From: Kiritimatiellia bacterium
GTDB taxonomy: Bacteria; Verrucomicrobiota; Kiritimatiellia; RFP12; UBA1067
Direction of reading: 5' to 3'
NCBI GenBank assembly: GCA_045641465.1
Contig: JAZUGW010000226.1
Location: 1 to 60,217 of the forward strand
Length of the DNA: 60,217 nt
The notes beneath the pieces were generated by a model, which ran no database searches, was not told the origin of the DNA, and saw nothing but the letters and a program-made list of their open reading frames with translations. A program made the translations under genes and the position numbers. Numbering within the stretch: the stretch's first letter is position 1; each line of letters begins with the position of its first letter. This document shows, piece after piece, positions 25,725 through 34,338 of the stretch.

Positions 25725-27335
25725 ATGCCTGAAAAGTCAAAGAATTATGGCAAACAAGATTCGTATCGGTTTGTTTTCGGAATGATCGATAATGCCATTC
25801 GCCACAACTATCCGCTCCAGGCGGTTACATTGGAAGAGAGCGTGATGGCTGATCGCCTTTGGTCTGCCTTGCACGCGAGCGGACATCAGGCCAAGAATCA
25901 TGAGACTGTCGGGAAAGCCCTGTCTGACTGGAAGAAGGGAAAGAGTTTTGATGAGGAAGTGAATTCTCTAAAGCCGCGAATCGAACAGTGGTGGAAGGAG
26001 CGTAACGAATTGTTGCATGGGCTGGCGAAGTCGGATCAAGGCAGTGCTCCGAAAATCAGACCAGAAGAGTTTGATGAAAAAGCGGGTGCTACGGCAAGAT
26101 TTGGACTTGAATTGACTAACGCAATCTGTAAGTGGTCGAAGAAGTCGATACGCAAGGCAAATCGTCTTGCCAAGACAGTCAAGAGTGTCGTCGGGACGAT
26201 TGCGCTAGCTTTGCTTTGTAATCTGGCGTCGGCCGCACCTGCGATTACTAGCGTCACTGCCCAGCAGCGGTATCCGTGGAATGGCAAGGTTGATATTTCG
26301 TATACCGTCTCCGGCGATGTCGCTTCTCATTGCCAGAACTATGGCCTCATTCCGACGTTGAAGGTGACGGCGACGGACAAGGTGGCGAACAAGACGTATA
26401 CGGCGACTAAACTTTCGGGTGATACGGCGTTGACGGATGGGACGCACAAACTCGTCTGGGATCTTGATGCACAGGGACTCGCGATCAAGTCTGCAAATGT
26501 CGTATTCTCTGTCGCGTGCGACACGACTGATGCGACCTATTGCGTCATCGACCTTTCGGCAGGGGCGAGCGCGACGAGTTATCCCGTCACCTATCTCGCG
26601 GCAGAGCCGAGCGGTGGGTTCAATGTGAATGCCTATAAGACATCGAAGCTCGTTCTGAAGCGCCTTGCGGCGGGTTCATTCAAGATGCAAGGGACCACGA
26701 CTACGACACTGACGAAGCCGTTTTTCATGGGACTTTTCGAAGTCACGCAGAAGCAGTGGACGCTCGTCATGGGATCGAATCCGTCATCTTCAGTTGGTGC
26801 CGGTGATTCCTACCCGGTTTATAAGGTCTCGTACGATATAATCCGTGGTTCTACTGCTGGTGCGAAGTGGCCCGTGTCTTCGATTGTAGATGCGACGAGT
26901 TTTCTTGGTAAGCTTCAGACGCGGACCAAGTTGAACTTCGATCTGCCGACGGAAGCGCAATGGGAGTATGCCTGTCGGGCGGGGACAACGACAACTTACA
27001 GTTACGGCAATAGTGCGAACGGGGACTATATGTGGTACGACTCGAATTCGAGTTCGACGACGCACGTAGTTGGTACGAAGAAACCGAATCCTTGGGGTCT
27101 TTATGATATGCACGGCAACGTGTGTGAATGGAATCTTGACTGGTACGGGACGCTTGCCTACGGAACGGATCCCAAAGGTTCTGCCTCCGGGTCGTATCGG
27201 GTGACGCGTGGTGGCGGCTGGTACAACGGCGGTGATGTGTCTTGTTGTGCCTCGTCCCACCGGGGCCGTTCCGACCCATCGAGCGAAGGCAGCAACGGTG
27301 GCTTCGGCTTCCGCCTCTCTAGGACCCTGCCCTGA
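25725..27335 (+). CDS. HEPN-like domain fused through a signal/TM segment to an FGE-sulfatase (SUMF1, C-type lectin fold) domain
   Basis: N-terminal helical region with E..DRL and RNELLH (Rx4H); internal VVGTIALALLCNLASA; FEVTQKQW, LPTEAQWEYACRAG, NPWGLYDMHGNVCEW, RVTRGGGW and GFGFRL. Confidence 0.8.
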   Translation: MPEKSKNYGKQDSYRFVFGMIDNAIRHNYPLQAVTLEESVMADRLWSALHASGHQAKNHETVGKALSDWKKGKSFDEEVNSLKPRIEQWWKERNELLHGLAKSDQGSAPKIRPEEFDEKAGATARFGLELTNAICKWSKKSIRKANRLAKTVKSVVGTIALALLCNLASAAPAITSVTAQQRYPWNGKVDISYTVSGDVASHCQNYGLIPTLKVTATDKVANKTYTATKLSGDTALTDGTHKLVWDLDAQGLAIKSANVVFSVACDTTDATYCVIDLSAGASATSYPVTYLAAEPSGGFNVNAYKTSKLVLKRLAAGSFKMQGTTTTTLTKPFFMGLFEVTQKQWTLVMGSNPSSSVGAGDSYPVYKVSYDIIRGSTAGAKWPVSSIVDATSFLGKLQTRTKLNFDLPTEAQWEYACRAGTTTTYSYGNSANGDYMWYDSNSSSTTHVVGTKKPNPWGLYDMHGNVCEWNLDWYGTLAYGTDPKGSASGSYRVTRGGGWYNGGDVSCCASSHRGRSDPSSEGSNGGFGFRLSRTLP

Positions 27336-27376
27336 CAGTGAATCGGTCATAACGAATAGTGAATAGATTAATAATT

Positions 27377-29503
27377 ATGAGAAACAAGCTTTTCGTGTTG
27401 TGTGCCGCGGTGGGATGCGGTACGAACCTGTTGGCTGCGATGTTGTGCAGTGGTAATTCGGCGGCGGTTAAAATCGACCAGGCTACGGGTGCGCGGGTTT
27501 CGGCGGCGAGTGAGGCGATTCGCTACTCGGCGGCGTGGGAAACGACGGCGTCGGGAGCGACGGCGGTTGTGGCGGTGAATGGGGCGACGCTCAAGTCGGC
27601 GACGGGCACGGGAAGCGTCGCCTGGACGCCAACGCGGAACGGGACCTATACGCTCACGCACAAGGTGATGAACGGCTCGTCTCAGGTTGGGAACACGCTT
27701 TCAGCGATGTTCACAGTCGCGGGAATCTATCCCGAGAATCCGACGATCTCCCCGGCTACGGAGACGAAGTTCGTCGGTTCGCAGGAGGTGACGTTGTCGT
27801 GCGGAACGGCGGACGCGACGATCTACTATACGCTCGATGGATCGGTGCCGACGCTGGAATCGCTTGTGTACGACGGGCCTTTCTCGGTGATGGAAACGAC
27901 GACGGTTATCGCGCGTGCATTCTTTGAAAACGGTGATGCGAGTCCTGAGACGGTAACGGCCACTTATATCCTCAACAAGGTCGAAGCGCCGGTGATTTCA
28001 CCGACGACCGGTACGACTTTTGATTCATCATTGACAGTCAATATGTCGTGTCCAACTGAAGGCGCGACGATCCGCTATACGACGGACGGATCGGAGCCGA
28101 CGGAAGAGTCGCCAATCTACACGCGGTTCAAGATTACGGCGCGGACAAAAATTAAAGCAAGGGCTTTTGTTGACGGGATGGTGGCGAGTGATGTTGTCAC
28201 GGCCGAGTATGCGCTTGGAACATGCTCCGATCCAGTCTTCTCGCTTGGGGATGGTACGGTCTTTCAGCATTCGAACCAGGAAGTCTTGATCGCTTGGGAC
28301 GACACAGACGGTACGCTGCGCTATACGACGGACGGATCGGAGCCGACGACGGATAGTCCGGTCTATGCGGGGGCATTCACGATTAGCGAAACAACGACAG
28401 TCAAGGCAAAGGTGTTCGGTGAGAGCTTCTTCGACAGTACGGTCGTGACGTCCGTGCTGACGCGCGAATGGCTGAAGGTTGCGACACCGGTCGTGACAGC
28501 GCTTGATTCGTTCACGGGTTCGAAAACTGAAGTTTCCCTTGCGTGTGCGACGGAAGGTGCTGTGATTCGTTACACGCTCGACGGTCGCGAACCGAATTCG
28601 CATTCGCCGAAGTACACGGTGCCGTTCATGGTCGATCAGACGGTGACAGTCAAAGCGTATGCGGTTCTTGCCGACTATACGAACTCGGATGTTGCGTCGA
28701 AGACAATCACGAAGATCTGGGGCGTTGGCGATTCGGTCGGTGTTTCCGATCAGGCGTTTGCGACATCTGGCAATGCAGGATGGATTCGCGACGCGTCGGT
28801 TTCATATGACGGCAACGAGTCCGTCCGGTCGGGTGAAATCGTGTCTGAGCAGCGCTCGATCCTCGAGACGAAGGTCATGGGCAAGGGCACGGTGAGTTTC
28901 AGGTGGAAGGCCTCCACAGAGAATACTGAAGGTGATTTTGACTGGGACCACGGCGAGTTCCATGCCGACGGGGAAGCCTACTTCATCGAAGGTGCGACCG
29001 ACTGGCAGCCGATCTCGCATACATTCACAACCGATGGCGAACATACGCTCCAGTGGATCTATGTGAAGGATGATTTCGACGATACGCCTTATGGTGCCGA
29101 TGACTGCATTTGGATGGATGCGTTCGTGTGGGAGCCCGTGCCCGCAGTTGAAGAGACACAGACGACTGAGGTGCCGGTGCCGTTTGCGTGGTTGAAGGCG
29201 AAGTATTCCGAGCTTACGGATGCCGCGTCGTACGAAGCGAAAGCGAACGAAATGGCTTCGAATGGCGTCAATAAGGTTTGGGAATGCTACGTGATCGGAC
29301 TTGAGCCGACGGCGGTGGATGCGCGGTTTGTTGCGTCGATTGAGATGGTTGAGGGCGTGCCGAAGGTGACGTGGTCGCCGGATCTCGGGGCGGAGCGTGT
29401 GTACAAGGTTTTCGGATCGACCGATCTCAAGACCTGGACGGAAGTAACAGACAAGACAAAGAGTTCATGTAATTTCTTCAGGGTCAGGGTTGAGATGAAG
29501 TAA
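27377..29503 (+). CDS. Secreted surface protein with tandem CHB_HEX_C / Fn3-associated repeats
   Basis: Signal peptide; four repeats of Px(I/F/V)...(I/L)(Y/R)YT(L/T)DGxxP...Y; C-terminal WECYVIGLEPT...FFRVRVEMK domain. Confidence 0.8.
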   Translation: MRNKLFVLCAAVGCGTNLLAAMLCSGNSAAVKIDQATGARVSAASEAIRYSAAWETTASGATAVVAVNGATLKSATGTGSVAWTPTRNGTYTLTHKVMNGSSQVGNTLSAMFTVAGIYPENPTISPATETKFVGSQEVTLSCGTADATIYYTLDGSVPTLESLVYDGPFSVMETTTVIARAFFENGDASPETVTATYILNKVEAPVISPTTGTTFDSSLTVNMSCPTEGATIRYTTDGSEPTEESPIYTRFKITARTKIKARAFVDGMVASDVVTAEYALGTCSDPVFSLGDGTVFQHSNQEVLIAWDDTDGTLRYTTDGSEPTTDSPVYAGAFTISETTTVKAKVFGESFFDSTVVTSVLTREWLKVATPVVTALDSFTGSKTEVSLACATEGAVIRYTLDGREPNSHSPKYTVPFMVDQTVTVKAYAVLADYTNSDVASKTITKIWGVGDSVGVSDQAFATSGNAGWIRDASVSYDGNESVRSGEIVSEQRSILETKVMGKGTVSFRWKASTENTEGDFDWDHGEFHADGEAYFIEGATDWQPISHTFTTDGEHTLQWIYVKDDFDDTPYGADDCIWMDAFVWEPVPAVEETQTTEVPVPFAWLKAKYSELTDAASYEAKANEMASNGVNKVWECYVIGLEPTAVDARFVASIEMVEGVPKVTWSPDLGAERVYKVFGSTDLKTWTEVTDKTKSSCNFFRVRVEMK

Positions 29504-29511
29504 CGAACACA

Positions 29512-29545
29512 AGCGGCATCCCCCCCAAGGGGTGCCGTTTTGTTT
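29512..29545 (+). terminator. Intrinsic terminator
   Basis: gcggcatccc...ggggtgccgt stem followed by tttgttt, just after the stop at 29503. Confidence 0.75.
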
Positions 29546-29628
29546 ATATCTTCAAAATACAAGATTGAGCGATGCAACTGATCGTGAAAGAACGATTTAG
29601 TTGCATATGGAACGCGCAAAAATATCTG

Positions 29629-29675
29629 TTAGATATGCAACTAAATAGGAATATTTGAAATAGTTGCATATCTAA
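29629..29675. promoter_or_regulatory. Perfect 15-bp inverted repeat (operator-like) upstream of the ATPase gene
   Basis: ttagatatgcaacta (29629-29643) / tagttgcatatctaa (29661-29675); further ATGCAACT half-sites near 29572 and 29599. Confidence 0.55.
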
Positions 29676-29734
29676 TTTGCGTTCCAGCCTGAAATTTGGT
29701 ACAATTATCCGCGTCAGGAAAGGAGTGTTGGGCT

Positions 29735-31180
29735 GTGTTTGTTGGCCGAAAAGAATATCTGGAGCTGCTGAATGGTTCGTGGACAAATCGTGGTGGCGTG
29801 CTGGTGACCTGTCGCGGGCGGCGGCGTATTGGGAAAAGCACGTTGATCGAGGAGTTCGCGACACGATTTGCCGATCATTTCTATTCAATAGATGGGTTGT
29901 CGCCACGCAAAGGAATGACCGATGAGAAGCAGCGTCTGCATTTCTGTGAAAAGATCGCCGAGTATGTCGGTGGCGAGGTTAAGCCGGCGGCGACGTGGTC
30001 GCTGGCGTTTGCACAGCTCGACGCATTGATCCCCGCGACGGGCCGTACGGTCGTATTGTTGGACGAAGTGTCGTGGATGGGAGGATATGAAAGCGATTTT
30101 GCAGGATATTTGAAAGAGGCGTGGGATCGCAAGTTGAAGAAACACGCGAACTTCATGTTGGTCGTTTGCGGAAGCGTGTCGGCTTGGATCGCGGAAAACA
30201 TCTTGGATTCGACGGGGTTTGTGGGGCGTACCACGTTGGATCTTGAAGTCGGGGAATTGTCACTTGCAGAGAGCCTTGAGATGCTGGGTGAGCGTGCACG
30301 GCGGTTGTCGGTGACGGAAATCCTGGATTTACTGTCTTTGACAGGCGGTGTTCCCCGCTATTTGGAAGCGATTCGTCCCGAACTGTCTATTGACGAAAAT
30401 GTCCGACAGTTGTGTTTCCTTCCTCATGGGCTGCTCTTTCGTGAATTCGACGAGACATTCAACAGCGTGTTTGGCCAGCGTGTTTCAAGCCGGGAGAAGA
30501 TCTTGCGAAAACTTGTCAATGGGGCCAAGTCGGTGTCCGAGCTTGCGAGTGAGGCGGATGTCTCGCCGAGCGGAGGCCAGACCAAAGTACTGGACGATCT
30601 GGTACATGCGGGCTTCGTTGCACGTGAGAAGGGGATAAATCCCCAAACAGGAAAACTGCTTCGTCAAGAACGGTTTCGCGTGAAGGACAACTATGTCCGT
30701 TTCTATTTGAATTTTGTCGAGCCGAGAAAGTCGGCCATCGAGGCAGGTTTGTTTAAGTTCTCGTCAATGGAACAGTTTCCTGGCTGGGAGACCGTTCTGG
30801 GATTGCAGTTTGAAAATCTCGTTTTGAATCATGTGCAGGATTTCCTGCCCTTGTTGGGGTTGGAAAATGTGTTGGTGCTTTCGGCGGCCCCCTTTACGAA
30901 ACGGTCGTCCAAAACGGGGCCCGGTTTTCAGATTGATCTGCTCATTCAGACTCAACGATCCATGCTGGTGGTTGAAATCAAACGCAGGAAGGAGATTTCG
31001 CATGGGATCATCGACGAGGTCGAGCGGAAAGTCGCCGGACTCAGAAAGTTGACCAAGGCCTCGATTCGTACGGCGCTGGTCTATGACGGAAAACTGGCGA
31101 AGTCCGTACCGGCTGAAGGGTATTTCGACTTCATCGTTCCAGCGGGATCTGTTTTTGAGACACCGACAAGTCGGCTGTAA
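29735..31180 (+). CDS. AAA ATPase (ATPase_2-like) with wHTH and C-terminal PD-(D/E)xK (DUF234-like) domain
   Basis: GTG start after AGGAG; FVGR, GRRRIGKS Walker A, VLLDE Walker B, TGGVPRYL, GLQFE and QIDLL...VEIK. Confidence 0.85.
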   Translation: MFVGRKEYLELLNGSWTNRGGVLVTCRGRRRIGKSTLIEEFATRFADHFYSIDGLSPRKGMTDEKQRLHFCEKIAEYVGGEVKPAATWSLAFAQLDALIPATGRTVVLLDEVSWMGGYESDFAGYLKEAWDRKLKKHANFMLVVCGSVSAWIAENILDSTGFVGRTTLDLEVGELSLAESLEMLGERARRLSVTEILDLLSLTGGVPRYLEAIRPELSIDENVRQLCFLPHGLLFREFDETFNSVFGQRVSSREKILRKLVNGAKSVSELASEADVSPSGGQTKVLDDLVHAGFVAREKGINPQTGKLLRQERFRVKDNYVRFYLNFVEPRKSAIEAGLFKFSSMEQFPGWETVLGLQFENLVLNHVQDFLPLLGLENVLVLSAAPFTKRSSKTGPGFQIDLLIQTQRSMLVVEIKRRKEISHGIIDEVERKVAGLRKLTKASIRTALVYDGKLAKSVPAEGYFDFIVPAGSVFETPTSRL

Positions 31181-31358
31181 AACACGGTTCTTCGTGTGGG
31201 TCTGTCGCGTGGCGGGTTCGTTCCATGATGTACGCAGATGCCTTGAATGACGACCCACACTTATGCCTAAAGCCTCTTTAAAAAGATAGAAACTATCCCT
31301 TTGGCAGTGTTGGGGTTGGGTGTGTGGATGTCAGAAAATGACGGGTGGTTCTACATTG

Positions 31359-31385
31359 CGGCGCGCTCGGAGAGCGCTCCCTACC
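31359..31385. repeat. Single REP-like palindrome
   Basis: ggcgcgctcggagagcgctccctacc: hairpin followed by CCTAC (GTAG-type REP foot on the opposite strand). Confidence 0.5.
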
Positions 31386-31428
31386 ATTTTTGGGGCGTTA
31401 GTTGCGAATTTCGGCTATTTCAAGATGT

Positions 31429-31444
31429 TGGCACGCTTTGTGCT
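31429..31444 (+). promoter_or_regulatory. Sigma54 (-24/-12) promoter
   Basis: TGGCACG-CTTT-GTGCT against consensus TGGCACG-N4-TTGCW; GG and GC correctly spaced; upstream of rtcA, a gene known to be sigma54-dependent in enterobacteria. Confidence 0.75.
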
Positions 31445-31451
31445 AATGGTG

Positions 31452-31530
31452 AGTGTCGTCGATGGAAGCTCGGGGAGCAGCCGATTCCAACCCGGCCACT
31501 GCGGGTTCGACTCCCGCCTTCGACGACATT
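31452..31530 (+). ncRNA. tRNA-like RNA (Trp CCA anticodon-like), non-canonical, without a CCA end
   Basis: Acceptor 31458-31464/31518-31524 extended by 31452-31457/31525-31530; D stem GCTC/GAGC; anticodon arm GCCG-A-TTCCAAC-C-CGGC; T arm GCGGG-TTCGACT-CCCGC. Confidence 0.75.
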
Positions 31531-31554
31531 GATTTGAAAAAAGGAATGTTAGAC

Positions 31555-32574
31555 ATGGCCGATTACATTGAAATTGACGGATCGATGGGCGAGGGCGGAG
31601 GACAAGTCCTCCGTACATCGTTGTCGCTGAGTGCGATCACGGGTACGGAGATCGCGCTCAAGAAGATTCGTGCCGGACGTTCGAAGCCGGGATTGAAGCG
31701 ACAGCATTTGACGTGTGTCAAGGCGGTGGCGGAAATCTGCGGTGCGCAGGTTTCGGACGTGACGGTCGGTTCGATGGAGCTCTCGTTCAAGCCGGGGCCG
31801 ATCAAGGGCGGCGACTATCGGTTCGATGTCGGTACGGCCGGAAGCGTGACGCTCGTCGCCCAGACGGTCATTCCCGTCTTGCTGAAGGCGGACAAGCCCT
31901 CGACGGTGACGATCACGGGCGGAACGCATGTGCCGTTCGCACCGATCTGGGAGTTCTTGGTCGGGACGTATCTGCCGGAACTCCGCCGTATGGGCGCACA
32001 GGTGGAGGCCGAGCTTGAATGCTGCGGATTCTATCCGGCGGCCGGCGGGGTGGTGAAGCTGAAGGTCTGGCCGTACGACAAGACGAAGAAAATCGACTCC
32101 TTCAAATTGACGGAACTCGGTGCGTATCGTGGCGGCAAGGTCGTGGGTGTCGTTTCGGCGATTCCCACGGGGATCGCCGAGGCGGAAGTCGGCATCGTGC
32201 AACGACAGTTCGCGGAATTGGGGTTGACGTCCGAGATCCGCACAGTCGAAGCGTTCGGTCCGGGCAACTACTGCTATGTGCAGCTCGACTATGAGCGAGG
32301 CTCGGTCGTGCTGTCAGCGGTTGGAACCTACAACAAGTCGCGCAAGCAGGTCGCCCACGAGGTGGTGACGGCGGTACGCGACTTCCTCAAGGCCGGTAAG
32401 GCGTGTGAAAAGCATCTCGCCGACCAACTGCTTGTGCCGCTCAATATTCTGCTCGGTTATGACGCATGTGACGATGAGTACTGGGAGCGCTGGAATCTGG
32501 ACGTCCAGCAGGAAACAATGCATTATCTGACCAATGTTGACGTCATCAGGAAGTTCAGACTTTGGGAATTCTAA
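31555..32574 (+). CDS. rtcA: RNA 3'-terminal phosphate cyclase
   Basis: IEIDGSMGEGGGQVLRTSLSLS, IRAGRSKPGLKRQHL, GTAGSVTL, GGTHV, GFYPAAGG, HLADQL and HYLTN (adenylated His). Confidence 0.93.
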   Translation: MADYIEIDGSMGEGGGQVLRTSLSLSAITGTEIALKKIRAGRSKPGLKRQHLTCVKAVAEICGAQVSDVTVGSMELSFKPGPIKGGDYRFDVGTAGSVTLVAQTVIPVLLKADKPSTVTITGGTHVPFAPIWEFLVGTYLPELRRMGAQVEAELECCGFYPAAGGVVKLKVWPYDKTKKIDSFKLTELGAYRGGKVVGVVSAIPTGIAEAEVGIVQRQFAELGLTSEIRTVEAFGPGNYCYVQLDYERGSVVLSAVGTYNKSRKQVAHEVVTAVRDFLKAGKACEKHLADQLLVPLNILLGYDACDDEYWERWNLDVQQETMHYLTNVDVIRKFRLWEF

Positions 32575-32592
32575 TCTGAAGAGGATGTTTTT

Positions 32593-33285
32593 ATGAAATG
32601 GGAAAAGAGAGATTGTCCAATCAAGCTTGAGCTTGATCCTTACGGTTTTGGGTGGGAAGACGTAACGCTTGAGATCGACGGAAAGCATCACTGGTGGTCC
32701 GTATCGGGATGTCTTGGCGATGGTTTTGGCGCTTTGGTCGAGAGTCTCTATGCGCTCTATTCGCATCAAACGTATGATGAAGCCGAACAAAAATGGTTGA
32801 CCGAAGAGGATGTGTATGAGGCGGATTTTGTTGATGGCGAGTATGTGAATTATCGCCGATTGCCGGATGAAGCAAGCTCTGGTATACACTTGCCGAAGGC
32901 GGCGAGTTTCTATTGGGATCTTGAGGGATGTGGTGTCACTTGGACGTTGACAAGGGAATCTGGACCGGCGAAAGATTTCAAACTGACGATTGAACTGCAG
33001 GAAGGGACGGACGAAAAGCATACAGATTCGCGTTATGAGGTTCAGTATTCGGATTTGTGCTATGCGGTTGGGAAAGCCTTGACGGAGGCGATTAAAAAAC
33101 ATGGTTTTGCAGGGTTCCATACGGCGGTTTGGGAAAGCGATGTGAATGTACGGCACTTGTGTTTTCTAAAAGCCTGTGGTATGGGATGCCCCGATGCGCT
33201 CAAGCCGGTTGAGTTTTGCGAAAAAGGTGAAGGGGCGGTTTCACCTTTTGAAGAGGAGATGAAACTGTTGCTCTTTGATTTGTAG
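32593..33285 (+). CDS. Hypothetical acidic protein, probably co-transcribed with rtcA
   Basis: 230-aa ORF with GAGGA RBS, 18 bp after the rtcA stop; no recognised motif. Confidence 0.7.
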   Translation: MKWEKRDCPIKLELDPYGFGWEDVTLEIDGKHHWWSVSGCLGDGFGALVESLYALYSHQTYDEAEQKWLTEEDVYEADFVDGEYVNYRRLPDEASSGIHLPKAASFYWDLEGCGVTWTLTRESGPAKDFKLTIELQEGTDEKHTDSRYEVQYSDLCYAVGKALTEAIKKHGFAGFHTAVWESDVNVRHLCFLKACGMGCPDALKPVEFCEKGEGAVSPFEEEMKLLLFDL

Positions 33286-33406
33286 AAATGAATGCGCTGA
33301 GCATTTCCGAATTGGGTGTGAGGGGGCAAATGTTGCAGGAGGCGTATCTACATTTTTCTGTGATGATCTTGCCCCCCAAAAAACCTTCTGTTGGGGAGGT
33401 TTGAGA

Positions 33407-33885
33407 TTACAGTGTTTCGATGGACTTTGGATCAGTGAGGAATTCAAGGAGTCCGATGTGCCGATGCCGTCGTTGTCGATGTGCTTGATGGCCATAGGGG
33501 AACCGTCGATCACCACCTTGCGGAAGTTGTCGCCCGTGTGTTTTAGCGAAAAAGTTTCTTGGGCCATTTTTCCGCGTCGGGAATCATCCAGGCAGATTGG
33601 ATGTAGATGCGTTCATAGCCGCGATTGACCACGAAATCGATTTCGCTCGTCTTGCGTACGATTTTCCCATCCCTGCGGCAAGACGTGCTCACTTCGCCTA
33701 CGTCAACGGTGTAGCCGGAACGCACGAGTTCATTATAGAGTGCATTTTCGACGAGATGCGGCATTTCCAGCTGCCTGTTCCCGATGTGGATATTACGAAT
33801 GCCAAGGTCGGTGGCATAACATTTCATCGGCGATTCGAAGTATCGCTTGCCCTTGATGTCGTATTTCCGAGCTTTCGCAATCAGA
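33407..33885 (-). pseudogene. Fragment of an AAA ATPase / DUF4143 family gene with two frameshifts
   Basis: YDIKGKRYF..KCYATDLGIRN, VENALYNEL, EIDFVVN, YIQSA in one frame; DNFRKVVI in a second; HIGLLEFLTDPKSIETL* in a third; N-terminus missing. Confidence 0.8.
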
Positions 33886-34338
33886 TTTGCATGATGACAT
33901 TTCGATTTTGTTTGTTGTATATGTAAACATAAATTGAAAACGATTACATGGCTTCCCGTGCGGGTGTTCGTCCATGTCTTCTGCGTTTCGCCTGCCGCCT
34001 CCGGCAGGTGAACACGGAGCGCGCGGAGGCACGAAGGCGACTTCGAGGCCGTTTCGCACGTTCCAGTCACCCCCGTGTACCAGATCTTCGGATGGAACGA
34101 TTCCGTCATGGATTACATGAAGTTCGTGCTGGCGAAGCGAAAAGTCGCGTGCAGCTAACGCCGCACAGGGGGCTCCCTTCGGACCTGTCACTGGCAGTCT
34201 GTCCCCCCCCTGGGCAATAGGGGTGAAATGATTGACTTCAATTGGTGGATTTGCTAGACTGTCTCCAGTCTGTCGGGAGGTCCCTGTAAGGTCGGGGCAT
34301 TCCTGATTGTGGTTTAAAATCGAAAGGAAGGTTTTGAG

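Noticed and set aside
25303-27335. Complete DGR or retron locus
   Set aside because: No reverse transcriptase, Avd or template repeat in the window
28073-28350. ~30-bp direct repeat (cgctatacgacggacggatcggagccgacg)
   Set aside because: Explained by internal duplication of the RYTTDGSEPT protein repeat
31452-31530. Functional tRNA-Trp or tRNA-Sec
   Set aside because: 3-nt D loop, mismatches in the acceptor and anticodon stems, no CCA, short variable arm, and position 8 is not U
33942-34158. tmRNA or other ncRNA suggested by GC hairpins
   Set aside because: No tRNA-like ends. One + frame reads like a protein C-terminus (…PVYQIFGWNDSVMDYMKFVLAKRKVACS*), so this is more likely a gene remnant
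23486-34300. Integrative element or prophage at tRNA-Pro
   Set aside because: No integrase, phage genes or duplicated tRNA 3' end (attR) found; treated only as an accessory hotspot
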